This document shows, piece after piece, positions 1-10,498 of a DNA stretch of 64,000 nucleotides. Below the pieces are notes generated by a model. It was not told where the DNA came from and did not search any database. It saw nothing but the letters and a program-made list of their open reading frames with translations. Source of the stretch: a virus; IMG/VR virus record IMGVR_UViG_3300042880_000288, positions 56,702-120,701 of that record, one strand, 5' to 3'. Made by a program: the position numbers and the translations under genes. Position 1 is the stretch's first letter, and each line of letters starts with the position of its first letter.

Positions 1-679
1 GGATTCTTTGATCTTCCATCCAAGTTTTAGGATGTGATGACTGAAGTGCATGAGTTATAAAATTATAGAATGCCCACAAACTATCTGTATTAGCAAATAC
101 ATGTATTGGTTTCTTCATTTGATCTCTTACCAGACTAGCTTGTTCAGTAGTAAGAATTTCATATTCAGCAAACAATACTCCTAATAGCTGAGACTGTTTT
201 CTTTTATTCAATGTTACAACTTCCATAGCAGCTTTATCAGAAACAAGTTGATTATAATACATATGTGCATTAGCCACATAATCATCAATAGTAGCTTTTA
301 CTTCTGCATCTGCAGTACCTGTATGTTTTCTAACCCAACTACCAACTTCACCAGAAATCATAGTAGAACCAGTTTTTAAACTATAAGCACCAACTACACA
401 TTTAAACTTTACTTGTTTATTATAACTGTTTGTCCATGCAAACATCATAGTTAATTCAGGATCTGAATTATAATTTAATCTATAAATTCCTTGAGCAATT
501 TGCCCATCAGCAGTACATCTGTACTCCTCATCTACAATACCAAACCCTGCATTAGCAAGGGCTGTATAGGCATAATCAATAACAAATTGGTGACTTATAA
601 CAGTATAAGTAGCACCATGATTAGGTAATGGAACACTAACTAAGTGTCCCTTTGTACAATTTGAAATTTTCTTTGGCAT
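1..679 (-). CDS. DUF932-like conserved phage protein (3' end truncated by window)
   Basis: Open frame read manually from ATG at 679 (MPKKISNCTKGHLVSVPLPNHGATYTVISHQFVIDY...FAWTNSYNKQ) to the window edge; resembles DUF932-family proteins. Confidence 0.55.
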   Translation of the reverse strand, partial: MPKKISNCTKGHLVSVPLPNHGATYTVISHQFVIDYAYTALANAGFGIVDEEYRCTADGQIAQGIYRLNYNSDPELTMMFAWTNSYNKQVKFKCVVGAYSLKTGSTMISGEVGSWVRKHTGTADAEVKATIDDYVANAHMYYNQLVSDKAAMEVVTLNKRKQSQLLGVLFAEYEILTTEQASLVRDQMKKPIHVFANTDSLWAFYNFITHALQSSHPKTWMEDQRI

Positions 680-680
680 T

Positions 681-2582
681 TTAAAATAAACTTAATTGAT
701 TTATAATAGGTTGTAAGCTTTGTATTTCTTTTCTTACTTTTTCAATATAAAAATCATAATTGATTTCATATTCATCTATAGGAAGTTTTACATGTGCATT
801 TAGCACCTGTTGCATCCATTTTCCGGCTTCAACCTGAATTTCTCTATTATCAGAATTATTCTTCTTAATAATTTTAGAACCAGACTTACATATATAATAT
901 CTTATAGTATGCTGCAGTTCTTTTACTGTATACTCTCCATCTTTTACAAAATGTTGGAAAAACTTCCAGTCTCCTCTAATCTTGACACCACCACAAAAAT
1001 CAAATATATCAGTGCAATTCCTAATATATGTTTCAGGTTCAACCCCTTCTACAAAATATGCATGTAATGCTTTAGGTACAACTAAAAAACTTTTGTTTTT
1101 ATGAAGTGCAAGGTCTGCAAACTCAAATCTACCTTTACACTTAGACTTACCATCTTCAGTGATAGCTATATAGTTATTGACATCACCAAGTATTAATTTA
1201 GTATACTTATCATGTTCTAACTGTAGATTAGTCATTTCTTCCCACCTCTTGCAGATTTCCATATATTTAGCTTCATACTTTCTAGGTATCATAGTCTCAA
1301 GACCATCTGTATTCTGCATTAAAGGAACAGCATCTGGAATTTCTTCACAAATCATTTCATACAACATTGTAAGACTTAGCTGACCATTAATTGTAATCCT
1401 CATGGTAAACTGTGGATCATATAGAAAACTATTCTCATCATTGCTGAGTCCATAAGTTGAATTAAGAATAATCTTATATACATAATTCTTGGGATCTTTC
1501 TTTGGGATCTTTTTTCTTTCTTCAAAAAACCATTCATACAGTTCACAAAATTCTTGTTTAGGTAAATGTGCAGGAGCCCATTTATTTCTAATAGCTAGAT
1601 TAGGATAAAAACTTACAACATCTGAAGTCATAATTATCATGTCTTCATTAGATTCATAAACTTTAGTTTCTCTAGCACCATGGACACCACCAAGACCAAA
1701 ATCTGTTTTTACTCCTTTGTAGTTTACAGAATACTTAAAGCCTCCTTTTGTTTCATTAGGAAATATTACTGCCTCTTTAAATTTTTCTAATAACTTTTGA
1801 AATGGAGCTGTAGTAAATTGAATATAAGGTAGAATTATATGTTTGACTTCAATCTTATCCCGCAAAGTTCTAAGTTTTCTAAGTTGTGCTTTTTTAATCC
1901 CAGTCTTTTTACTGAGAAAATACATAAAAAGTTCTTTAGATATCCTTGGTTCTGATGCAGAATATAAGTCAATTTCATATTCATTAGTAAGATCTCTTCT
2001 CAAATCAATTTGGCTTTTACTTAATTGCATAATAGCTTTAGTTGACTTGACATCATTTATACAATACTTTAAAATATTGTTTATTTGTCCCTCATTTTCA
2101 ATCTCAGTAGTATGATGTATTGGCATGTCCACTATATTCTTCCAATCCATACTAAACTGAATCCACTTTAGTGAACTTCTTTTAGCTGGATTATCCCAGT
2201 GGTTAAGTTTAAATACATCTAACTGCTTAATTGTCAAATCTCTAGGTCCAAATTCAGGAAAATTTCCTTGGTTCTGATTAGAGATTGTTTGTTGTGCTAT
2301 TTGATATAGCTTTCTAGCAACTTCATCACCACTCATTATTTTGAGTTGGTCTGCATTTCTAATAACATATTCAGTTATTTGACTGTCAAAAGCCAAACCA
2401 TTAAAACTAACATGCCATTCTCCATGTGTTGCATTTCTATACAGGAAGTTAGCAAAATCTTCAGTATCATTTCTACTTTTATGAATGATAAAAATTTCTT
2501 GATGTTCAGATTTTACATCTTCAAAGACTCCCATGAAACAATTACTAAGAGTTTCATAGTCCATTACCCAATGTGTTCTCAT
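681..2582 (-). CDS. polB: Family B DNA polymerase
   Basis: N-terminal exonuclease motifs (DYET, FNGLAFD); PolB motifs DVVSFYPN, KIILNSTYG, NTDG. Confidence 0.93.
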   Translation of the reverse strand: MRTHWVMDYETLSNCFMGVFEDVKSEHQEIFIIHKSRNDTEDFANFLYRNATHGEWHVSFNGLAFDSQITEYVIRNADQLKIMSGDEVARKLYQIAQQTISNQNQGNFPEFGPRDLTIKQLDVFKLNHWDNPAKRSSLKWIQFSMDWKNIVDMPIHHTTEIENEGQINNILKYCINDVKSTKAIMQLSKSQIDLRRDLTNEYEIDLYSASEPRISKELFMYFLSKKTGIKKAQLRKLRTLRDKIEVKHIILPYIQFTTAPFQKLLEKFKEAVIFPNETKGGFKYSVNYKGVKTDFGLGGVHGARETKVYESNEDMIIMTSDVVSFYPNLAIRNKWAPAHLPKQEFCELYEWFFEERKKIPKKDPKNYVYKIILNSTYGLSNDENSFLYDPQFTMRITINGQLSLTMLYEMICEEIPDAVPLMQNTDGLETMIPRKYEAKYMEICKRWEEMTNLQLEHDKYTKLILGDVNNYIAITEDGKSKCKGRFEFADLALHKNKSFLVVPKALHAYFVEGVEPETYIRNCTDIFDFCGGVKIRGDWKFFQHFVKDGEYTVKELQHTIRYYICKSGSKIIKKNNSDNREIQVEAGKWMQQVLNAHVKLPIDEYEINYDFYIEKVRKEIQSLQPIINQLSLF

Positions 2583-2809
2583 ATTACTTTTTTAAATAAA
2601 CCATTAGCAATTGGATCAAGTAGTTTATTTGTGGATAGTTCTACTTTTGTTATTTTAGGCATTTTTGGTTCACACTTGCTGCAATGACTAATCATTTCAT
2701 GATGAGTAGATCCACAACACTGACATGCAATTGGAAAATGAAAATAAGTCCTAGTTAAATTATTATTTAACTTACATATGTCACAACGACCATATTCTCT
2801 ATCACCCAT
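2579..2809 (-). CDS. Small Cys-rich putative zinc-binding protein
   Basis: 76 aa; CxxC, CQCC, CxxC; ATGA-type overlap with polB. Confidence 0.55.
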   Translation of the reverse strand: MGDREYGRCDICKLNNNLTRTYFHFPIACQCCGSTHHEMISHCSKCEPKMPKITKVELSTNKLLDPIANGLFKKVI

Positions 2810-2851
2810 AAGACTTGTGTTCAGTTAAGCTGTTCCCCCATTTAAGTAAAT

Positions 2852-2884
2852 AAAAAAAGAGGGTGTTTGGTACCCACCCTCTTT
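2852..2884 (-). terminator. Intrinsic terminator
   Basis: AAAGAGGGTG/CACCCTCTTT inverted repeat with T-tract on the minus strand. Confidence 0.7.
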
Positions 2885-2902
2885 CTGGTTTTTTGGTATT
2901 GT

Positions 2903-3250
2903 TTAAGCTTGCTCAGCCATAAACTTCTTATAATCAAACTTTGCATTAACTGCAAACATTTTGATTAATTCTTCCATAGCCTCAGTATCTTCAATATAAA
3001 ATTCTTGAAACACTTCTACTTTGTGTCTCTCCTGTTTCATACCTTTTGTACCAGCTATTGCCTGTCCATACTCATCTAGTTTGGGCAGCATATGCAATGT
3101 AGTTTTTTTAATCTTAGAGATTATTACAAATACTTTTGTTCCTGGATCAAAAATACATTCCACATATGGGCATGTATCATTAATAGGAATCATTCTAAAA
3201 GTTTGTTTTTCTTGCCAAGTTGCTTGGACAAGCATCATTGATTGTGTCAT
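2903..3250 (-). CDS. Hypothetical protein
   Basis: 115-aa ORF co-oriented with the operon. Confidence 0.7.
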   Translation of the reverse strand: MTQSMMLVQATWQEKQTFRMIPINDTCPYVECIFDPGTKVFVIISKIKKTTLHMLPKLDEYGQAIAGTKGMKQERHKVEVFQEFYIEDTEAMEELIKMFAVNAKFDYKKFMAEQA

Positions 3251-3276
3251 TTGTTGGTTTTTTAATTAAATACAAA

Positions 3277-3843
3277 TTAATCTATAATTTCTAAATTCTG
3301 CAAGTCTGCAACTGAAATTTGTAGATTTTCTTTTTCTAAATCAGGCTTGTCACATAACTCACCCACACTACTTAACAAACTTACAGGAACATCTAATAGT
3401 TCTGCATATCTGTCATACCATTTTTCTGGAAATAAATAACTATATACATAGACATAGTTACCTCCATGTTTGTCAAAATAATCAAGAATTTTGCGCTTTA
3501 AATTCATATTAAGTTTACTGTAATTACCACTAACTATATTATCCCAGTCAATCCCCATATCAGAGAAATCAAATGTAAATACACTAGTGTTATCATCAGC
3601 CTTCACATAATCACATAACCTAGTATGTGTTAATAAAACATCTTTTTCAAATTTTAAATATTCAATGTCTTTTCTATTCTCATACACACATATAAACTTC
3701 ATATCCTCGGTGCTGTAGTTTTTTCCCCAAGACAAATAAGTCTCTGTTGGAATAGCAGGTGCCCCTCTTTTTATGCCCAAGAGCGGATATATAAATATCT
3801 TGGACTTTTGAAAATATTTGCCATAAAGCGCATTAATAACCAT
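3277..3843 (-). CDS. Hypothetical protein
   Basis: 188-aa ORF abutting the nuclease gene. Confidence 0.75.
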   Translation of the reverse strand: MVINALYGKYFQKSKIFIYPLLGIKRGAPAIPTETYLSWGKNYSTEDMKFICVYENRKDIEYLKFEKDVLLTHTRLCDYVKADDNTSVFTFDFSDMGIDWDNIVSGNYSKLNMNLKRKILDYFDKHGGNYVYVYSYLFPEKWYDRYAELLDVPVSLLSSVGELCDKPDLEKENLQISVADLQNLEIID

Positions 3844-3847
3844 AAAC

Positions 3848-4864
3848 TTACAATTTAATATTACCTACTGCTAAGTCATATGGTAGGTCATATCTTTTCT
3901 GTATATAATGCCATTTGGCAATTTCTAATACAGATTTAAAATCACTTTTCCATTGACTCATTGTTTCTACAGAGACTTGGAAAGGATAAACTAAATTGTA
4001 TTTGTCAATTACAATAAAAGTTACTTGAACCTGCCAGTCTCTGGCATCCGGTTTATCTTTCAAGAATTTATCTGAAGCTAGAATAGTATAGATAACTCCT
4101 TGTATCCAATACTTGTAATATTCTACAGCATCAGGAAAATCTTGAATAGACTTACCTGTTGTTTTGAGGTCATTGATAAAAATTATCTTTGCCTCTTTAT
4201 CAACAACAACATTGTCAAGTACTCCGTGTAAACCAAAGGGTAATTTTTCATGGTCAACCTTAATATGCAACTCATTATAGGTCTCAATGTGAGTGTCTTC
4301 CTCAGTTATATCTAGTGCTAATAGTGTTCTCACATCACTATTACTCTTTAGTATTTCAACCTGTGCTTTGCAGCCATCCAAAGTAGGTTCATCAACTATT
4401 GATTTGTCTAGACTATTTTTAAGGAATTCAAAATACTCTTTGTGTTCATCAGTAAGTATCTTGTCAAGTCTTTGCTGATCAGTTTTAAGATTCTGATAAA
4501 GGTTTGCTGTAAGTAGTTGTGTGAGTATATCTTGTGGGTAGTCCTCCAAAATTAAGGAATTATTTTCATATCCAAGATGTATCCTAAAAATATTATCAAT
4601 AATTTTTCTAGGATTGTCACTAGGTAGTTTTCCCGGTAGGGATATAAATTTATCATTATATTTCTCTTTCTCAAATAAAAGGCAGTGAAGGACACTACCA
4701 CCTACAAGGTGAGCATCCTTACTGTCTTCCCTCTGGTTGAGCACATAATGATTGTAGAATAAAGCAGGTGAAAAAAGTAACTTATTCAACCCACTATAAC
4801 TAAAATAAAACTTTTGTTTGTAAAATCTCTCTAGTTCATCAGAACCATTCAAAGTCTGTATCAT
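3848..4864 (-). CDS. PD-(D/E)XK family (exo)nuclease
   Basis: GVLDNVVVD...INDLKTTGK...YWIQGVIY motif pattern. Confidence 0.8.
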   Translation of the reverse strand: MIQTLNGSDELERFYKQKFYFSYSGLNKLLFSPALFYNHYVLNQREDSKDAHLVGGSVLHCLLFEKEKYNDKFISLPGKLPSDNPRKIIDNIFRIHLGYENNSLILEDYPQDILTQLLTANLYQNLKTDQQRLDKILTDEHKEYFEFLKNSLDKSIVDEPTLDGCKAQVEILKSNSDVRTLLALDITEEDTHIETYNELHIKVDHEKLPFGLHGVLDNVVVDKEAKIIFINDLKTTGKSIQDFPDAVEYYKYWIQGVIYTILASDKFLKDKPDARDWQVQVTFIVIDKYNLVYPFQVSVETMSQWKSDFKSVLEIAKWHYIQKRYDLPYDLAVGNIKL

Positions 4865-6206
4865 TCTTTTCTTCTGTTGGATTAATAGTTAGTTCTTCTG
4901 GGACCCCTGGAATTTCATTTAATTCAGATTCGGAAACAGGATTTGACTGTTCTAACTCTATTAACTCTGACTTGAGGTCATTTCTCTCAATTCTTAGTAA
5001 TGCAGTTTCTATGTCATCATCAGAGATTTCAAGGTCACTTTCAACCCTTTCAACCCCTAAAGCAACCCCCGCAACCCCTGGTATTGAATTTAGGTCCTCT
5101 AAATTAGCATGTAATTCAACAACCTCTTCTTCAACTTGACCCTCTGGTACAAAGTCTTCTATATTTTTATAGACATAGTTTTTATTTAACAAAGCAAGAG
5201 TTGCTTCATCAACAGTAATAGTTTTTACTTTAAAGTAATCAGTACCACCAGTTGATTCAATCTCATGAACATATTTCTTCATAATAATATCAATCTTATC
5301 TGTATCAACAACACCCTTGTCAATCAAAGACTTCATTATATCATCTATATCTGTATTCATATAACTATCTTTACCTAGATATCCAAGTAAAGATTTAAAG
5401 TTAACATGCTTTTTAGTATGACAGTTGTACATTTGATTATGATACTCTTTAAACAATAACTCTAAATAGAGTAAGCTATCTATATAGTTAGAATTAGCCA
5501 TTATCTCCATTGCCAAGATATGATTGTCATTATCAGAGCTCTTAAACATGTCAGATAATTGATCAAACATTACTGAATCTATGATAACTGCATCTGCACC
5601 ATTAATATGTTTAAGTAATGCAGCCTCTGTTAAAATAGTAGTATTTAATACCTTAGGAAAATATTCAGCATAGCTATTACTTACTTGATAAAAAGTATTA
5701 GAACTTCTCAATTCTATAGTTACTTCTGGATTTTTCATAGCTTCAATAAATACTTTTTCATTTCTAATTTCACTAGAAGAACTATAATCCATATAAACTC
5801 TGTCCTCAGTATAAAATTCAAGTGCTGTATCTACATTCTCTACATAATAATCATCCATTTTGTCTCTAACAGTTTCATAAATCTGTCTAAACATTTCTGT
5901 AGGCATGCTGTATAACCATCTTGTGTCACACATCTTATGAACTGTTGCAGTACCTGCAAATATATGTGTTGCAATATCTATATCTCTGACAGATTTAATA
6001 CCATATTGTATAGTTAAATCTTTTAGTTTTACCCTAGGAATATTCACTCCTGGTAAAAAATATAATTTGTCTCCTTTTGTAGGGACATAATCTCCATTGG
6101 ATACTTGTAAATCAGCCCTTGAATCAGGAGAACCAAAAAGTGGTTCAACAGTTATCTTGACCTCATCTGAAACTACTTCAATGTCAAAAAACAAATAATT
6201 TTTCAT
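4839..6206 (-). CDS. Hypothetical protein with possible BRCT-like segment and acidic C-terminus
   Basis: 455 aa; GDKLYFLPGVNIPRVKLK...GIKSVRDIDIATHIFAG resembles a BRCT core; acidic tail. Confidence 0.6.
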   Translation of the reverse strand: MKNYLFFDIEVVSDEVKITVEPLFGSPDSRADLQVSNGDYVPTKGDKLYFLPGVNIPRVKLKDLTIQYGIKSVRDIDIATHIFAGTATVHKMCDTRWLYSMPTEMFRQIYETVRDKMDDYYVENVDTALEFYTEDRVYMDYSSSSEIRNEKVFIEAMKNPEVTIELRSSNTFYQVSNSYAEYFPKVLNTTILTEAALLKHINGADAVIIDSVMFDQLSDMFKSSDNDNHILAMEIMANSNYIDSLLYLELLFKEYHNQMYNCHTKKHVNFKSLLGYLGKDSYMNTDIDDIMKSLIDKGVVDTDKIDIIMKKYVHEIESTGGTDYFKVKTITVDEATLALLNKNYVYKNIEDFVPEGQVEEEVVELHANLEDLNSIPGVAGVALGVERVESDLEISDDDIETALLRIERNDLKSELIELEQSNPVSESELNEIPGVPEELTINPTEEKNDTDFEWF

Positions 6207-6218
6207 TGTCTTAAGTTT

Positions 6219-6243
6219 AAAAAGGGGAGTATTACCTCCCCTT
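6219..6243 (-). terminator. Intrinsic terminator
   Basis: AAGGGGAG/CTCCCCTT hairpin plus T-tract on the minus strand, after the AAA gene. Confidence 0.6.
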
Positions 6244-6301
6244 ATGTTTGTTTTAATTTGCTATAGGACTTGTAAAAAAGGGAAAAAGTTTTAACCCTTA
6301 A

Positions 6302-7471
6302 TTATTTTACAGCCATCTTCACCACGTCTTGATTCATCATCAATGAACTAAACTTAACTTTGTTACCATTAACAATTTCCTTAACCATGTAATATCTAAG
6401 GTCATTAGTAAATGCTTCACAGTCAGTAGTAAGTTTAGCTATCCTGTCAATAATAGGTTTACCTATACTTCCTTTGTCAGCCAAAGTCAATGAATAGTTA
6501 ATTACCCTTGTTGCAATTACACTAGAAATATCAGCACGGAAATCATCATCTTTACCAACTGCATTAGTAAGAGAGTTCATTACATACTGCTCATCTTTAG
6601 TTAGGATATCTGCAGGACTAATTATTCTATCAAGTTTGTTATTGATGAACATAGTAAACATTGAACTAAAATCTACACCAACAGAACCCTCACCAATCAT
6701 TTGAATCAATGGAAGATCATCCTCAAACTTAGGTACAGAACTAATAGCATTGAAGAAAGTAGTAATAGATCTTGGATTAACTCTTTGAGTTACCAACTCT
6801 GGGTGCATCAACATAAAGTTAATACATCTACCATCTATGTTTGCTTTCTCTGCCCACTTAGCCCATACATCAGCATCATATTTCAACTCAACAGATATAA
6901 ATCTAGTCTTCTGAGCAACATCTAAAGAAGTTACATTATAATCACCATTGTCTGGATTAGTAGTCAAGATAACATGCCAATTCTTTGGTAACTTCCAAGA
7001 AACATATTCCTGTCTATCTAGAATCTCCATGGTTGCTTGCATAAATCTTGCATCAGCTCTAGTATAATCATCAAGAATCAAGAAACCACCTTCACCTTTA
7101 CCCTGAATCCATTCAGGAGCAGCATGTGACATTCTCTTGCCCACAACTTTGAATTTATTTGCAGTAGCTGCAGCTATCTGAGATTCATTAATCCAACCTT
7201 CTTTACCTTCTGCATTTCTAATTTGAAATTCTTTTACAGGAAACCCAACCAAGTCACCTAATTCTTCTAACTGAGATAAATTCAGCTTTACAACATCCAT
7301 TTGTAATTCTTTACCCAACTGCATGATAGCAGAAGTTTTACCCAAACCAGCATCACCTTCAATATTAATAGCCACAGGAACTTTTCCTTCAGACTGAATG
7401 TGTTGGTTATTTTTAACCATGTGCTTAATAAAACTCTTTAACTCTTCAACATTTAATTGTACTTGACTCAT
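6302..7471 (-). CDS. MoxR-like AAA+ ATPase
   Basis: Walker A GDAGLGKT, Walker B LILDDY, sensor TTNP, RF arginine finger; adjacent to a vWA gene. Confidence 0.85.
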   Translation of the reverse strand: MSQVQLNVEELKSFIKHMVKNNQHIQSEGKVPVAINIEGDAGLGKTSAIMQLGKELQMDVVKLNLSQLEELGDLVGFPVKEFQIRNAEGKEGWINESQIAAATANKFKVVGKRMSHAAPEWIQGKGEGGFLILDDYTRADARFMQATMEILDRQEYVSWKLPKNWHVILTTNPDNGDYNVTSLDVAQKTRFISVELKYDADVWAKWAEKANIDGRCINFMLMHPELVTQRVNPRSITTFFNAISSVPKFEDDLPLIQMIGEGSVGVDFSSMFTMFINNKLDRIISPADILTKDEQYVMNSLTNAVGKDDDFRADISSVIATRVINYSLTLADKGSIGKPIIDRIAKLTTDCEAFTNDLRYYMVKEIVNGNKVKFSSLMMNQDVVKMAVK

Positions 7472-7481
7472 ACTCTTTTTT

Positions 7482-8663
7482 TTATAGTTCTAATTTAATT
7501 ACTTTTCCTGGTAAACTGTCATTCATATGGGATCTTTCTGACAAGACCCATAGAACATTTCCTTTAGGTCTTACACTTGTCCAACATTCACCGTCAGTAA
7601 AATACACCAGGCTTGTATATTTCTTTTGGTTTTCATTAAAGTACTCTAGGACAGGATCAAACTCAGTCCCACCTCTTCCAAATGCACTCATCTCAAATTT
7701 ACCTTTGTAAGGTTCAATTGATCTGATATTTGTATCACACTGTATTACAGTTACATCAACACCACATTTATAAATATGGTAGATTTCACTCATAAACTCT
7801 TTAAGTTCATCATCACTTACAGAACCTGAAGTATCTATAGCTAACAACATATGTTGTCTCATTTTTACTTTAAGACCCGGATTAGCATCAAACCTTCTAT
7901 TCTCTTTTCTTCTGATCTTCTTAGTAAATACTTTGGTACTAACACCAGTAAATCTCCTAATGAATCCTCTCCAGTCAAATTTAGGTTTAACAATCTCTTC
8001 AATTTTGATCAATCCTTCTATCTCCCCAGGAATATTACCTTTCTTCTTTTCTGTCTGCTCTTTAGCATCAGAAAGAACCTTTTGTAACTGTTTCTCTATA
8101 AGTTTCTGTTCTGCTTCTGTAAGATCTTCAAAGTCTTCCCAAGTACTGTGATCAGGTATCTCACCATTCTCTATATTCTCAAGAAGTTGATCCATATTAG
8201 AGTCTCCACAAGTACCATTCTTATCTTTTTCATCCTGAAGTTGATTCAGTTTGTCATAATAATATCTAGCACCGGCCTTTCTATCTAGTTCTATATCAGT
8301 ATAGTTATCTATATCAATACCACCTTCTGGTAGATACTGTTTACTTATATACTGATTTATCTCCATATCCATTGCTACATTAGCTAGTTTCTTGTTAGAA
8401 AACTTAAAGAATGTAGTAAGATGTCCAAAAGCAATATGTAGTAACTCATGCTTCAATAATCCATATCTGTGGTCTTCACTGAGACTTTCCCAGAACTCTG
8501 TATTAATAGTAAGCTGATAATTAATACCATTCTTGCTCACACCAGCTGTAGGAACTCTTTTACTGTCCCATAGCTTATTCAACATAATGAGAAAGAACCC
8601 ATAATAGGGCTCCTTCAACATTAGTTCTTTACCTGTTTTACTTAGACTCTGTTGTTTGTCCAT
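7482..8663 (-). CDS. Metallopeptidase-like + vWA domain protein (DUF2201-like)
   Basis: HELLH (HExxH) in the N-domain; MIDAS DTSGS...GRGGTEF...FTDG in the C-domain. Confidence 0.85.
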   Translation of the reverse strand: MDKQQSLSKTGKELMLKEPYYGFFLIMLNKLWDSKRVPTAGVSKNGINYQLTINTEFWESLSEDHRYGLLKHELLHIAFGHLTTFFKFSNKKLANVAMDMEINQYISKQYLPEGGIDIDNYTDIELDRKAGARYYYDKLNQLQDEKDKNGTCGDSNMDQLLENIENGEIPDHSTWEDFEDLTEAEQKLIEKQLQKVLSDAKEQTEKKKGNIPGEIEGLIKIEEIVKPKFDWRGFIRRFTGVSTKVFTKKIRRKENRRFDANPGLKVKMRQHMLLAIDTSGSVSDDELKEFMSEIYHIYKCGVDVTVIQCDTNIRSIEPYKGKFEMSAFGRGGTEFDPVLEYFNENQKKYTSLVYFTDGECWTSVRPKGNVLWVLSERSHMNDSLPGKVIKLEL

Positions 8664-9057
8664 TGTCTTTTAGTTTAATGTTTATTTCAAAACTATCTGT
8701 TGGGTACCCAATTTGTTCTAACATTTTTGTCATATCTCTTACAAAATATTCCATAAACAACTCTACTGAATTCTTAGAACCTTTATGCCCTGTAATAAGA
8801 CTTAGAGTTCTTGGGCTAGTAAGATTACTTTCTCCAACTATACTTACTAGTTTGCTGTGTAATTTCTTCCCAGCCTCAGACCAGTCAGATCTTTGTACAC
8901 CAGAGAATTTATACATTACAAGTAACTCTCCTATGTATTTATCTACATCAACATTCTTCAATGCCTGAAATGCTACAATATGATTCTCTTTATCAGAGGA
9001 TTGTAACATATTTAATAAATTTCTTGTTTCTTCTTTGTCAAAAATCATTTTACTCAT
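8638..9057 (-). CDS. Hypothetical protein
   Basis: 139-aa ORF in operon. Confidence 0.7.
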   Translation of the reverse strand: MSKMIFDKEETRNLLNMLQSSDKENHIVAFQALKNVDVDKYIGELLVMYKFSGVQRSDWSEAGKKLHSKLVSIVGESNLTSPRTLSLITGHKGSKNSVELFMEYFVRDMTKMLEQIGYPTDSFEINIKLKDNGQTTESK

Positions 9058-9404
9058 TAGTCTTCAATTTTTAAAGTTTTTATTGCCCATTTTTCAGGTT
9101 TACCACTTGCAATCATATCTACCCATTCTTTTGCAGTAGGGATATAGTTGTTGCAATCCTCTTTGACATGTTGTTCTCCTACATATCTTACATATACATC
9201 TTTACCGTCAGAGTTGGTAATAGTCATACCAAATCTTTGTTCACATTCAAATATACCCTCACTGTGGTGTCTGAATACTCTATGCATACTGTGTCCAATC
9301 CATCCTTTAGTTTCATCAAACCATTTATGGATTTCCAAATAATCTACAGGAGATCCTCCAAACTTTTTAGCTGAGGATTTTGCATGTTGCCAAGGATGTG
9401 CCAT
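9057..9404 (-). CDS. DUF6915-like protein
   Basis: MAHPWQHAKSSAKKFGG...IHKWFDETK...HRVFRHHSEG pattern. Confidence 0.65.
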   Translation of the reverse strand: MAHPWQHAKSSAKKFGGSPVDYLEIHKWFDETKGWIGHSMHRVFRHHSEGIFECEQRFGMTITNSDGKDVYVRYVGEQHVKEDCNNYIPTAKEWVDMIASGKPEKWAIKTLKIED

Positions 9405-9405
9405 A

Positions 9406-9663
9406 CTAAAGATTTTTAAATTCTTCCTCTAAATCTGTTATAGCTATAATAACATCATCAAGCTCTTTTTTAATAAGATCTTTTATCCCTTCTTTATCAT
9501 ATAAAGGAACTTCACTTTTTCTTCCAAAAGCACCTGCTGAGTATTGTACTGTTACTGATGTAAAACATGATTTAAGAGCTTCTTCAAGTCCTCTTTTTCT
9601 CCTAATAAATTTATCAATGTTTTCTTGTAAATTTTTACCAGTAATAAATTTTTCTTTATCCAT
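9406..9663 (-). CDS. Hypothetical protein
   Basis: 85-aa ORF, coupled to neighbours. Confidence 0.65.
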   Translation of the reverse strand: MDKEKFITGKNLQENIDKFIRRKRGLEEALKSCFTSVTVQYSAGAFGRKSEVPLYDKEGIKDLIKKELDDVIIAITDLEEEFKNL

Positions 9664-10070
9664 TATTCTTCTTCTGTTTTACTTAATAAATCTCCATCAT
9701 GAAAGAAATCTTCAGTCTCAGTAACTCTTACATGATTATTAATAATATACTTTCCTGAAGGAACACATATACATAAATCTCCAAAGCCACCTTCATTATT
9801 CCACCAGTCTTCTATATCATTAAGAAGTTTTTCATCAGCAAATGATTCAATTTGGTAATAAAGATCTCCATCTAAATTTGTTAAAGTATATTCATTGTCC
9901 CAATCATTTACATTGTCATTTACATCTTCTGGAGTTTCACATGGAACTTTTGTATAACCAATCCATTCTATGGCACCTGAGTCTCCTCCACCATCATATT
10001 TTACTTTAATACCTGTGATACCTAAATCAGCCAACTTAAATAAGAGGCTTGTTAATTCTAATTCTGTCAT
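9663..10070 (-). CDS. DUF6878-like acidic protein
   Basis: VKYDGGGDSG and WWNNEGGFG motifs. Confidence 0.6.
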   Translation of the reverse strand: MTELELTSLLFKLADLGITGIKVKYDGGGDSGAIEWIGYTKVPCETPEDVNDNVNDWDNEYTLTNLDGDLYYQIESFADEKLLNDIEDWWNNEGGFGDLCICVPSGKYIINNHVRVTETEDFFHDGDLLSKTEEE

Positions 10071-10072
10071 AA

Positions 10073-10498
10073 CTATTTAATTTTGTAAAATCTACCTAAT
10101 ATGTTTCCATTTAGGAATTCTTCTTTTTCAAGTACTTCGTGAACAAACTGATGTTTGGTTTCTTGATATGTAAGCTCCATACCTGAGTAACATATCAATA
10201 AGATTTCTCTTTTGATTACTACTCCTGCTTTGTGAGCTTCCTTTAGAACTTTATTACTACTGTAATAGTTCATGAAGTCTGGTTTTAACTCTCTTTTGTA
10301 CTTCTTAAGTCTCTTGTCCGTGGACATGGCTAGAGCTTTTTTACCAAGAGGTTTCTTTATATTAGCAAAGAAATTCTTCTTACCAACATATGCAACAGAC
10401 TTACCATCAATGATAGCAGTCATAATATAAATAAATCCTACACCTCCTTGAGGTATATCACCTTCATTAAATTCTTTTCCTTGATGGATCCAACTCAT
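10073..10498 (-). CDS. GIY-YIG family endonuclease-like protein
   Basis: GFIYIMT...YVGKK...Y(Y)SS...E...N pattern. Confidence 0.7.
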   Translation of the reverse strand: MSWIHQGKEFNEGDIPQGGVGFIYIMTAIIDGKSVAYVGKKNFFANIKKPLGKKALAMSTDKRLKKYKRELKPDFMNYYSSNKVLKEAHKAGVVIKREILLICYSGMELTYQETKHQFVHEVLEKEEFLNGNILGRFYKIK

